Of a stretch of DNA of 64,000 nt, positions 18,317-27,563 are shown piece by piece. Below the pieces are notes generated by a model that did no database searches, was not told the DNA's origin, and worked only from the letters and a program-made list of their open reading frames with translations. Position 1 is the first letter of the stretch. Each line of letters starts with the position of its first letter. The position numbers and the translations under genes were made by a program. The DNA comes from a candidate division FCPU426 bacterium (lineage in GTDB: Bacteria; Oederibacteriota; JAAXVQ01; JAUVAV01), in assembly GCA_040756875.1 (NCBI GenBank), contig JBFLYH010000002.1, positions 1,023,078 to 1,087,077 of the forward strand, written 5' to 3'.

Positions 18317-19150
18317 ATGAAAAAGATAGCAGGAGTATTGGCAGTATTGCTCGGTCTTTCAGCGCAAATAGCGCTGGCGGACATTCCGGGAACCATCAAT
18401 TACCAAGGCCGGCTGACAGATACTGCCGGTAATCCGGTGGCAAACGGAACGTATGGGGTAACCTTTGCGCTGCATTACACGGCCGAAGGCAACAGCCCAA
18501 CAGGTTGGAGCGAAGTGCAAAACGTGGAAACAAAAGGTGGATATTTTATTATTGCCCTGGGCAGCCAGAACTCGCTGAGTGGCTTGGGTTTCAATTACCC
18601 GTATTATTTGGAGATCCATGTTGCAGGTGACGCCCAATCCATGAGCCCAAGGCAGCTTCTGAGCAGTGTGCCGTATGCCATGAGGGCGAGGGAAGCTACG
18701 CATGCTACTGCGGCCGATAGTGCTACAACTGCGAATAACGCGAGCAATCTAGGCGGGTTTGCTGCAAATACTTTTATTAGGAATATTGCAAATTCAGTAT
18801 CTAATACAAACCTTCAATCAGGTTCAGTTACGCAGGACAAGGCGCAGTTCGCACCAGCGGTTTCTTTCAATGGCGCATTAATATCTTATCCGAAAATAGC
18901 AGCTGGTTATATTGATACCAATGAAAGCGGGGAAGCTAATGTCGCTTTTTCGGGGATTACTTTTTCTCAGCCTCCGGTAATATCATGTGTTATATATCAT
19001 ACCAATCCCGCTTATATCAATCCATCGGTCGTTACAATCGAGAGCGTCTATTCGACGGGGTTTTACGCTAGATCATGGTATCAGAATGGGTCCGGCACAC
19101 ATGTCCAGACGGGGCCACTTAGGTTTTCGTATATTGCTATTGGACAATAA
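18317..19150 (+). CDS. Secreted fibre/adhesin-like protein (INYQGRL...SVPYA family) with beta-rich C-terminal tip
   Basis: Signal peptide ending ALA; IPGTINYQGRLTD; PRQLLSSVPYA; A/T-rich stalk; F..PP.I...TGF...FSYIAIGQ tip. AGGAGG RBS. Confidence 0.65.
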   Translation: MKKIAGVLAVLLGLSAQIALADIPGTINYQGRLTDTAGNPVANGTYGVTFALHYTAEGNSPTGWSEVQNVETKGGYFIIALGSQNSLSGLGFNYPYYLEIHVAGDAQSMSPRQLLSSVPYAMRAREATHATAADSATTANNASNLGGFAANTFIRNIANSVSNTNLQSGSVTQDKAQFAPAVSFNGALISYPKIAAGYIDTNESGEANVAFSGITFSQPPVISCVIYHTNPAYINPSVVTIESVYSTGFYARSWYQNGSGTHVQTGPLRFSYIAIGQ

Positions 19151-19159
19151 ACAATAATT

Positions 19160-21055
19160 ATGAAATTGAATTCAACTGACATTAAGTATTGGGAAATACT
19201 ATTTTGGGGTCTGGTGTTACTCAGCTTAAAAACATACGCCGTTCCTGTGACTCCTGGGTTGGATCCGTCGTGGAACTTGGGCATGAATTTAATTTCTGCC
19301 TATGGAATTCAATGCGGCAAAGAAGTGTTTTTCAATTATGGACCACTTTTCCCATTAATCAACCTGTTGCCAGTAAATCCAATTTATGAAACATGGGTAA
19401 TCATCACCTGTCTCATTCAGGGGATATTTTTCTATAGCATTTGGTCGTTAGTTAAAAATAATGATGCAAAAACACGGGAGTATACTGTTGGTGGAATCAT
19501 ATTCCTTCTTCTAATTAGTTCGTCAGTTGGGATTGAAAACATATTAGTATTCACACCAATAATCTGCTTGCTCAATTATCACGAGAACGACAAAGCTAGA
19601 TGGCTCTGGATTGCCGCGGGAGTTACTTCGATATCTGCGTTAACGAAGACTATTCCGGGTTTGTGTGGATTTGGAGCGGTTGTTTTATATAGCATTTACA
19701 GGATTATTACCGATAGAAACGGGAGTTGGAAAATAGGCATTTTTGGCACAATATTAATCTATCTCACGATGTGGTTGCTTATTTATCGTGATTTCGGCGG
19801 GGTGATTGGTTATTGGAAAGGTGCCTTGGAATTATCATCGGGTTTTTCGACGGCAATGGCTTTGTATTCAAACAATGATTGGGTTTTCTTGGGGCTTTTT
19901 GTGTTATCTCTTGTGGTGATGCCATGGCTATTAAAGAACTCAAAGATATGGTTGCTTTTTTTACTGGCGTCGCCAATGATATTTTATGAATGGAAGCATG
20001 GAATTGTACGTCAATGTGCCCCAAGCATCGCATCTGCGATCGTATTTATGTATACATTTACATTGTTTATAGCGATCTATTATTTTGTTCAGAAACGACG
20101 TGTAACTTGCAAATTAACGGTTATTTTACTGCCACTGATATTTTTATCTGTTTTTTATCAAAGAACGTATCACGAGTCTTGGTTGACTGTGCTCCAATAC
20201 TCTATATTCCAGCCTATACATCAAATGCAAAGGCATCTACTGATAAATTGGCCAAATAAAAGCAAAACGTTAAAGGAGTCTCGACGGAATGTAGAAAGAT
20301 ACGCGGTTGATAAAATAGTGCGAGATAAAATTGGCAGTGAAACTGTTGACTGTTATCCTTGGGAAGTAACATATATATTCGCTAATGATTTTAAATGGAA
20401 ACCACGGCCAGTATTTCAAGCTTATACAACATATACTCCGTGGTTACAAAAGCAAAACGCCGAATACCATCGATCAAAAACATCGGCTCGTTATTTACTC
20501 TGGCATTATGATCACGAAGATGAACCGTTTATTAGCGGAAAGGGATTGGTGGAGATTGACAATAAATACTTATTGAACACCGAACCCGCCGCATTATATC
20601 AAATAATCAGTATTTATTCGCCGGTTTATCAAAGTGAAAGATTGATATTGTTTGAAAAAAGCGAAGAAAATAGCATTCGAAGGGTAATCGAGAATAACAA
20701 ATATGAAGCCAAATGGGGTGAGTGGATTGCCGTATCCACAAATCCTGGTGAAATTATTCGAGCGCAAATAAATGTAAAGAGGCATTTAATAGGACAAATA
20801 CGGAAGTTTCTATATAAAGACGGCGATTGCCATATTTATTATAAAACGGATGAAAATGAAGAAATCAAATACAGATTGAATATATTAAATGCGTCTGAAG
20901 GTATTTGGGTTTCCCCTTTGATAAACAAAATGGACAAACCCAACGATGGCAGACATATTAAAGAAATAAAATTGGTTAAATCGCCTAATACGTATTTTGA
21001 AGACCTATACTCAATTCGTTGGGAACGAATAATTATTCAAAAGAGAGACTTGTGA
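19160..21055 (+). CDS. Polytopic membrane protein, putative GT-C-like glycan-modifying enzyme
   Basis: GLDPSW and FNYGPL motifs, roughly 10 TM segments, then a soluble domain with PRPVFQAY. Strongly AT-rich DNA. Confidence 0.55.
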   Translation: MKLNSTDIKYWEILFWGLVLLSLKTYAVPVTPGLDPSWNLGMNLISAYGIQCGKEVFFNYGPLFPLINLLPVNPIYETWVIITCLIQGIFFYSIWSLVKNNDAKTREYTVGGIIFLLLISSSVGIENILVFTPIICLLNYHENDKARWLWIAAGVTSISALTKTIPGLCGFGAVVLYSIYRIITDRNGSWKIGIFGTILIYLTMWLLIYRDFGGVIGYWKGALELSSGFSTAMALYSNNDWVFLGLFVLSLVVMPWLLKNSKIWLLFLLASPMIFYEWKHGIVRQCAPSIASAIVFMYTFTLFIAIYYFVQKRRVTCKLTVILLPLIFLSVFYQRTYHESWLTVLQYSIFQPIHQMQRHLLINWPNKSKTLKESRRNVERYAVDKIVRDKIGSETVDCYPWEVTYIFANDFKWKPRPVFQAYTTYTPWLQKQNAEYHRSKTSARYLLWHYDHEDEPFISGKGLVEIDNKYLLNTEPAALYQIISIYSPVYQSERLILFEKSEENSIRRVIENNKYEAKWGEWIAVSTNPGEIIRAQINVKRHLIGQIRKFLYKDGDCHIYYKTDENEEIKYRLNILNASEGIWVSPLINKMDKPNDGRHIKEIKLVKSPNTYFEDLYSIRWERIIIQKRDL

Positions 21056-21193
21056 CAATAATTCTTCTGATGAATCCCACTTTTACGCTCGCTCTTGGTA
21101 TCAACCAAACAATGACCGCTTCCAACAGAAGGGACCGATTTATTTTTGGTGGATAGCCGTCGGCAAAAGGTGAAAACCGAAAGGACGAAAGGC

Positions 21194-22195
21194 ATGAAGC
21201 GGATTATTGTTGGTATAATAGGATTAATGATGCTCGTCATATGTATTCGCGGGTTTTGGTATTATCCATTGTTTCGAAAACCGCCTATTTTGGAAATGAT
21301 CTCCGACGTCCCGTGTAATATTCCTTATATAAAACTTAAAAATCAAAAAGGTATTTTAAAAAGATATTTTGTTGTTATTGGCGATAAAAAGGCTTCCTTT
21401 CCAGATGCGGGGCAAAAAGGCTGGTCAGAATGGGCAAGTAGTCATGAGATATATATCGATAGCGTGAAAAATTGGATAAAGGTATTCATTGATGAAAAGT
21501 GGTTGATATTCAGAAAAAAAACAGCGTACCTATTCTACCAGCAACCTGGCGGGTTCAATCAATACACAGTATTATTCCGTCATAGATATCAGGGTGACAA
21601 TGAAAAACTTAAAAATAAATACAATATTTATTTTATAGGGGATAGCATCACCCGGGGATTGTATGCGATAAATGAAAGCAATAGTTATTCAGCGCTAGTG
21701 AACGCGAAAGCGGGCATGAAAGGTACGCCTGTAAAATATGCAATTAAAGGGATTGGGATTAGTGACATAGATAAAACTCAAATATTATCGGATTTAACTA
21801 AAAATCAGCCAGAATTAATTATTATCGAGTTGGGTACAAATGATTGGAAGGAAATGGATATAGAGAAATTCAAAAGGAAGTATGAGTCAATGCTCTCGGC
21901 GATAGTCGAAAACGCCAAAGGGACGAAGACAGTTTTACTTGGCCTTTGGGGTGGCTATAAAGCTCTGCCATATGACGCTGTCATTTATGATATAGCGAAG
22001 CACTATCAATATGAATATGTATATTTGGAAGATATTTATGAGGAAAGCGAATATCATAATGAGGAAAACACCGCAACTTCTTTTGGACCTGCCGACTTTT
22101 ACCATCCGTCAGATAAAGGTCATAGGGAAATTGCTAATAGGGTTATATCGGCGATTGTATCGCTTGAAAATAAGCCTTCGCAAGTTCAACGATGA
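21194..22195 (+). CDS. SGNH/GDSL hydrolase (possible O-acetyl esterase/transferase) with N-terminal anchor
   Basis: FIGDSIT (block I), ELGTND (block III), DFYHPS (block V). ATG 21194 directly precedes the hydrophobic anchor. Confidence 0.85.
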   Translation: MKRIIVGIIGLMMLVICIRGFWYYPLFRKPPILEMISDVPCNIPYIKLKNQKGILKRYFVVIGDKKASFPDAGQKGWSEWASSHEIYIDSVKNWIKVFIDEKWLIFRKKTAYLFYQQPGGFNQYTVLFRHRYQGDNEKLKNKYNIYFIGDSITRGLYAINESNSYSALVNAKAGMKGTPVKYAIKGIGISDIDKTQILSDLTKNQPELIIIELGTNDWKEMDIEKFKRKYESMLSAIVENAKGTKTVLLGLWGGYKALPYDAVIYDIAKHYQYEYVYLEDIYEESEYHNEENTATSFGPADFYHPSDKGHREIANRVISAIVSLENKPSQVQR

Positions 22196-22484
22196 AGTAC
22201 AGCACTTAACGAGCTGGAGATCTCCGCGCTATAACAGCTACCATACAGATTAAGAAAAAGGTTTGCATTTGGTAAATTAGCCAGATAAAAGAAGATAAAT
22301 GTGCTGACAATTAAAGGAAAAGTGCTGTCACTGCGCTTGCGTAATATAATATAAACCAATTTAGTTAATAAAAAATGCGATTATCACTCGGTTCAATAGA
22401 TTACTAAACTACCTATTATTTCCTGGAACCCACTCCAATAAAAATATTAGAATAAGCTGGCATTTTAATGGTCCGGGAGAACCA

Positions 22485-24020
22485 ATGGACGTGAAATCCT
22501 GGCTTGAAAAAAACGGGAAATGGGCTGGGTGGGCGGGTTTGGCTGCACTTGGGGTGGTGATGGTGCTGATCCGTATGCACTTTGTCGCCGAACCCCTGGA
22601 GCGCAATTACACGGGCTGGGCCTACATCGCCCATCAACTGCTTGCCGGCGAACGTCTCTATACCGACCTTTGGGACATCAAGCCGCCTGGGATTCATATT
22701 CTTTATGTGTTGGGGCATATGCTGTGGGGTTACAAAGCTTCTGCGCTGGTGTATTTGGGCATGCTCCCGGCCCTGGCCTCGCTGCTGCTCATCTACTTTA
22801 TCTTGAATCGCATCTCCAACCGCGCGCTTGCTTTGCTGGGATCGTCGTTTTGGGCCTTGGCTGCCAATGCCCTCCAACTCCAGGGGAACATGCCTGCCAG
22901 CGAGGTATTCATCAATGCCTTTAATCTGTTGGCTATCTGGGGTCTGGTTGAATACTTTTATAAGAAGAACCTCCTCTATCTGTGGCTGGCTGGCGCGGGC
23001 ATGGCGTTTTCATCCTATATCAAGATGCACGCCTTATTCCCGTTTTTACTGTTCTGCCTGTATATCCTTGGGAACAACCTGAAAGATAAAGAACGCCCCT
23101 GGCTTTCAACCACGCTGCGCGAATATATTGCGTTCTCAGTACCCAGCCTGGTTCTGTGGCTGGGGACGTTCGCTTATTTCTACCTGCAACACCGCTTTGC
23201 TGATTTTTACGGAACCGTGTTTGTCGAAATCAGCGGCCACGCGGGCAATATCTTCGGGAACTTTTTCAGATATTTGACGCACAAAAGCCTGTTGCTGCCC
23301 GGATTCATGGTTGAAGTCAAAATCCTGGTGTTGTTTACCTTAGGCTGGGCGTTGCTCAGCTTGGGCGACGCGAAGCCCACGGTGGTCGGCCGTCGGTTTT
23401 GGTTCGTGGTGCTGCTGGGGGAATGCCTTTCTTTGAGCAGCGCGCAGCAATTCTTTGCTTCATATTATCTGCTCTTGCTGCCAGGCATGGTCATTTGCTC
23501 GGTTTTGTTTGTCCGGGAAGTGTTTGAGTTGCTGAAGACCCAATCAGCTCCGGCGCGCTGGCGGATCACGGGGGTTTTGGCTGCGGTCGTCCTTGCCTAC
23601 CTTGGGGCCTATCAAATCAGAGCTTTGAGTCTGACCATGGAACAGGTCACCCGGCTCAAATACAACAGCCTGGAATTCGAACATGCCCGCACTCTGGGTG
23701 AAATCGTCAAAGGCCTGACCCGGCCCGGGGATCTGGTCAGCGGATATTTTTCCAACCCTTCGCTGTACTTCTACAGCGGCCGCAAATGCGCCACCCGGGC
23801 GATATTTTTCGCGCCCAGCACGCAAGTTTTGGTCACACCCGAGGACAGGACCCGCCAGTATTATCAAGACCTGGTTGCCCGTCCACCCGCGGTTTTTGTC
23901 TGGGCCACTTCCTACGGCGACATCAACGGGAGCATGGTCGGGCCGTTTATACATGATAATTATCAATTGGTGCAGCAATATATGTATTATGATATTTATC
24001 AACGAAAACGGGCGGATTAA
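22485..24020 (+). CDS. ArnT/GT39-like membrane glycosyltransferase
   Basis: LYTDLWDIKPPG motif and many TM helices. Confidence 0.75.
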   Translation: MDVKSWLEKNGKWAGWAGLAALGVVMVLIRMHFVAEPLERNYTGWAYIAHQLLAGERLYTDLWDIKPPGIHILYVLGHMLWGYKASALVYLGMLPALASLLLIYFILNRISNRALALLGSSFWALAANALQLQGNMPASEVFINAFNLLAIWGLVEYFYKKNLLYLWLAGAGMAFSSYIKMHALFPFLLFCLYILGNNLKDKERPWLSTTLREYIAFSVPSLVLWLGTFAYFYLQHRFADFYGTVFVEISGHAGNIFGNFFRYLTHKSLLLPGFMVEVKILVLFTLGWALLSLGDAKPTVVGRRFWFVVLLGECLSLSSAQQFFASYYLLLLPGMVICSVLFVREVFELLKTQSAPARWRITGVLAAVVLAYLGAYQIRALSLTMEQVTRLKYNSLEFEHARTLGEIVKGLTRPGDLVSGYFSNPSLYFYSGRKCATRAIFFAPSTQVLVTPEDRTRQYYQDLVARPPAVFVWATSYGDINGSMVGPFIHDNYQLVQQYMYYDIYQRKRAD

Positions 24021-24083
24021 CGGCCCGCTGAGGCAAAAGCAAACCGGCGGCATTCATCCCTCCATCAGGAGCCTTGATTTCCC

Positions 24084-25721
24084 GTGAATTCCTGGTCCAA
24101 GCAAACATCTCCGGAACGTCTGGCATTATGGGCGCTGGTTCTGGCCGCGCTAGCCGTGCGCCTGGGACTGGCCTGGCAGCCCCTGGAACGGCTGCTAGTG
24201 ATGACGGTCTCGGACGATATGTTCTACTACCTCAAGCTGGCGCAGAACTGGGTGGCCGGCCTGGGCGTGACCTTCGACGGCCAGAACCCCACCAATGGCT
24301 TCCATCCGCTGTTTTTCCTCGCGGCTGCCGCGCTGTTCAAGGCAGGGGCCGGCCAGGAAGCAGCCGTCCATTTGCTGCTGATGGTTTCCTCCCTCTGCGG
24401 GTTGGGGACCGCGTGGCTGATCCGGCATTTGGTTCTCAGAATAACCAACGAAGCGTTCCTCGGCCTGCTGGGGTTCGCGCTTTATGCCTTCAACCCGTTT
24501 GCCCTGGCCCTGGAATTCAACGGCCTGGAAACCGCGCTTTACGGGATGCTGCTGATGGCGACTCTGGTTGCTTACCTGGACGTGCGGCAGCAGCCTGCGG
24601 TCAGATGGCCCCGCTGGTTGGGCGTGGGGGCCCTGGCGGGCTTGACGTTTCTGGCGCGGACCGAGGGTATCTTTCTGCCCGCGGTAATGGTCCTGGACTT
24701 TGCCTGGCTGGCGCTGCGAAAACGCCTGCCGGCCGGGCATTGGCAGGGGCTCGGCCTGGGACTGCTGGCAGGCCTGGCCGTGGCTTCGCCCTGGCTCATT
24801 TGGAACCTCGCCCAGTTCGGCACCATTGAACAGGCCTCGGGCAAAATATTTCCCCTGCGCGCGCAGCTGATTCTGGAGCGGACCCTGGGGCGCCTGCCCG
24901 GCTTGGGCGATCATGTCCAATCAGCGCTCAGGAGTTTGGCCTGGAACATTTACATTCTCGCCAGCATGCTGCTGGGAATTCCATATACCGCGTCGAAACG
25001 CGTCGTGCTGTTTTTCGCGGTAGTGCCGGCCTTGGCAGCAGGGTATTTGCTGGGCCGCGGCCGCGGCCAGAAGCAGGCGGGTAGGGCAATGGATTCCCTG
25101 GCGCCGGCCCTGGGATATATCGCGCTGTTGTTCGCCTATTATTCCTTCTACCACCGGGCCTCCCACTGGCGCTATTTTTACTCATTGCTGCTGGTTTTGA
25201 TCCCCACGGGCGCTGCGCTGCTGGCCGGCTGGAAGGACAGCCTGGGAGCGACCGCTTTCCGGCGTTTCGCGGGTTTGGGGGCACTGGTTGTCTATCTTCT
25301 GGCCGCGTCCTGGATCTTGATTGTCCGCGAGCCCAGCTTCCCGCATCAAGCCCGCATGGCCCAGGCCGCGCACTGGATGAAGCAGAACCTGCCCGGAGAA
25401 GCCCGCATCGGCGCGTTCAACGCGGGCATCATGGGCTATTTCAGCGGCCGCCGGGTGGTCAATTTGGACGGGGTGGTGAACAACGCCATGCCCGAAGTGA
25501 TCATCAACCGCAGGCTGGACGGCTATATCCAATCCGAACACCTGACCCATGTGTGCGATTCGCCGGAAGCAGTGGAACTGTATTTCCGGCTTTTCGCGGA
25601 ACACCCGCCGCAGGACCTGCTGGTCGAGGAGCAGGTTTTCGGAGATCCTGTTCATGCGCCCGGCCAGGCGGTCAGCGTGTACCGGATCAAGCAGGATCAG
25701 CCTGCGGCCGGCGGCCAATAA
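24084..25721 (+). CDS. GT-C-like membrane glycosyltransferase
   Basis: SDDMFYY acidic loop, TNGFHPL, NGLET, LARTEG, NAG..GYFSG..VVNLDGVVN. Polytopic. Confidence 0.7.
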   Translation: MNSWSKQTSPERLALWALVLAALAVRLGLAWQPLERLLVMTVSDDMFYYLKLAQNWVAGLGVTFDGQNPTNGFHPLFFLAAAALFKAGAGQEAAVHLLLMVSSLCGLGTAWLIRHLVLRITNEAFLGLLGFALYAFNPFALALEFNGLETALYGMLLMATLVAYLDVRQQPAVRWPRWLGVGALAGLTFLARTEGIFLPAVMVLDFAWLALRKRLPAGHWQGLGLGLLAGLAVASPWLIWNLAQFGTIEQASGKIFPLRAQLILERTLGRLPGLGDHVQSALRSLAWNIYILASMLLGIPYTASKRVVLFFAVVPALAAGYLLGRGRGQKQAGRAMDSLAPALGYIALLFAYYSFYHRASHWRYFYSLLLVLIPTGAALLAGWKDSLGATAFRRFAGLGALVVYLLAASWILIVREPSFPHQARMAQAAHWMKQNLPGEARIGAFNAGIMGYFSGRRVVNLDGVVNNAMPEVIINRRLDGYIQSEHLTHVCDSPEAVELYFRLFAEHPPQDLLVEEQVFGDPVHAPGQAVSVYRIKQDQPAAGGQ

Positions 25722-25744
25722 CCCGCAATCAGGAAGGAGAATCT

Positions 25745-26314
25745 ATGCGGCGTTTCGTAATTCTGGGAGCGATGATCATGCTGGTCGGGTGCCAGCGGAT
25801 GGTTTCTTTGCCCGGTGACTTCAAACTGGAGACCTTCAAACGCTGGGAGGTCAAACGGCAGGCGAAATTCATTAATTCCCTCCAGCCCGAGGCCAAACGC
25901 GCTTTTCTGAGGATTCTCATGCCCAACGGTTATTTTAATATCGAGGAAAACGAGGTTAAATTCCTCGGCGGCGAAGTGTTCGTGTGCGACTTCAAGAAGG
26001 ACGTGGGCGGTTATGCGGGCGATCCGGGGCCGGACGGACGGTTCAATTATATCCTGGGACGCTGGCGCCTGATTTTCGACGAGCTGATTCTGCTCAACCC
26101 CCGGAGCGATGAAAACATCCATTTCATGGGCAAGGAACTGATATTGGACAATTCTTCCTACACGGCCGAGGACAATTCGGGCCTGCTGGTGCTGATTTTT
26201 ACGATCATGAAATCATCGCGCATGGAGAACTACGGGGAAATCCCGCTGGTGTTTCTGCCCAACCCCGTGGAATCTCCGGCCATCGCAGATTATACCAAGC
26301 AACTGGGGAACTGA
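25745..26314 (+). CDS. Hypothetical lipoprotein
   Basis: MRRFVILGAMIMLVGC lipobox; AAGGAG RBS before ATG 25745. Confidence 0.7.
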   Translation: MRRFVILGAMIMLVGCQRMVSLPGDFKLETFKRWEVKRQAKFINSLQPEAKRAFLRILMPNGYFNIEENEVKFLGGEVFVCDFKKDVGGYAGDPGPDGRFNYILGRWRLIFDELILLNPRSDENIHFMGKELILDNSSYTAEDNSGLLVLIFTIMKSSRMENYGEIPLVFLPNPVESPAIADYTKQLGN

Positions 26315-26393
26315 ATCAGAGCCTTCCTGCTGGATGATCCCAATTGAATATGTTATGCTATGGCCATTTTATAAGCCCTGGAAAGGTACCTGC

Positions 26394-27563
26394 ATGCCCA
26401 AATCCTCCAAATCCCGTCCGGCCCGGACCGCTGCGCCGGTCCGCTACGTCAACATCGCCGCCCAACACCGCGCTTTGAGACCCGCGTTGCTGCGGGCCAT
26501 GGACCGGGTGATCCAGGACGGGCATTTCATCCTCGGGCCTGAAACCCAGGCCCTGGAAAAAGAGCTGGCCGGCCGCTGCAGGGCCGGGTACGCCCTGGGC
26601 GTCAACTCCGGAACCGACGCGCTGGTGCTGGCGTTGCGCAGCCTCAACATCGGGCCTGGCCACGAAGTGATCGTGCCGGACTTCACTTTCGTCGCCACGG
26701 CCAGCGCCGTGCTCCTGGTCGGCGCCACGCCGGTGCTGGCGGACGTGGAGCCGGGCACACTGACCCTGGACCCGGCCCAGGCCGCGGCCAAAGTGACGCC
26801 GCGCACGCGCGCGCTGATCCCGGTGCACCTCTACGGGCAGGCCGCGGACATGACGCGGCTGCTGAAGCTGGCGGCGGAGAAAAAACTGGCGGTGGTGGAA
26901 GACGCGGCCCAGGCCCTGGGCGCCACCTGGCAGGGCCGGCCCGTGGGCGCGCTGGGCGATGCGGGCTGCCTGTCGTTTTATCCCACCAAAAACCTGGGCG
27001 GAATGGGCGACGGCGGCATGCTGCTGACCAACCGGCCCGATCTGGCCGCCAGGCTGAAACGCCTGCGGGACCACGGCTCGGACAAGAAATACATTCACGA
27101 GGAACTCGGCCTTAACTCCCGCCTGGACGAGATCCAGTCCGCCGTGCTGCGGATCAAGCTTAAAAAACTGGAGGCCTGGCACAAGCGCCGCCGGGCCATT
27201 GCGAACCAATATTTCCGCGCCTGGCAGGATCTGCCGCTCGTGCTGCCCAAACCCCGCCCGGGCGCGGAGCACGTGTACCACCAATTCACCATCCAGACCC
27301 CCCGCCGCGACGAACTGCAGCGCCACCTTGCGGCCCTGGGCATCAGCACGGGAGTGCACTATCCCATGCCCCTGCATTGCCAACCCCTGCTTTCGGGCCT
27401 CCCCTCGGCTTCGGCCGCCTTTCCGGTGAGCGAACGGGCTGCAAAGGAAATTCTCTGCCTGCCCGTTTTTCCGGAACTGAAGGAGGCGGAAGTCAAGCGC
27501 GTGATCCACGGAGTCCGGCTATTCTTCGTGGCCGAGACGGAGACCGGCAAGCATGGCCGTTAG
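26394..27563 (+). CDS. DegT/DnrJ/EryC1/StrS family PLP-dependent sugar aminotransferase
   Basis: NSGTDAL, PVHLYGQ, EDAAQA, SFYPTKNLG..GDGG (PLP lysine), NSRLDEIQ. Confidence 0.93.
   Translation: MPKSSKSRPARTAAPVRYVNIAAQHRALRPALLRAMDRVIQDGHFILGPETQALEKELAGRCRAGYALGVNSGTDALVLALRSLNIGPGHEVIVPDFTFVATASAVLLVGATPVLADVEPGTLTLDPAQAAAKVTPRTRALIPVHLYGQAADMTRLLKLAAEKKLAVVEDAAQALGATWQGRPVGALGDAGCLSFYPTKNLGGMGDGGMLLTNRPDLAARLKRLRDHGSDKKYIHEELGLNSRLDEIQSAVLRIKLKKLEAWHKRRRAIANQYFRAWQDLPLVLPKPRPGAEHVYHQFTIQTPRRDELQRHLAALGISTGVHYPMPLHCQPLLSGLPSASAAFPVSERAAKEILCLPVFPELKEAEVKRVIHGVRLFFVAETETGKHGR

Noticed and set aside
9325-19150. Prophage (tape-measure-like helical protein plus tail-fibre-like gene)
   Set aside because: Both proteins have signal peptides, and no capsid, terminase, portal or integrase gene is present.
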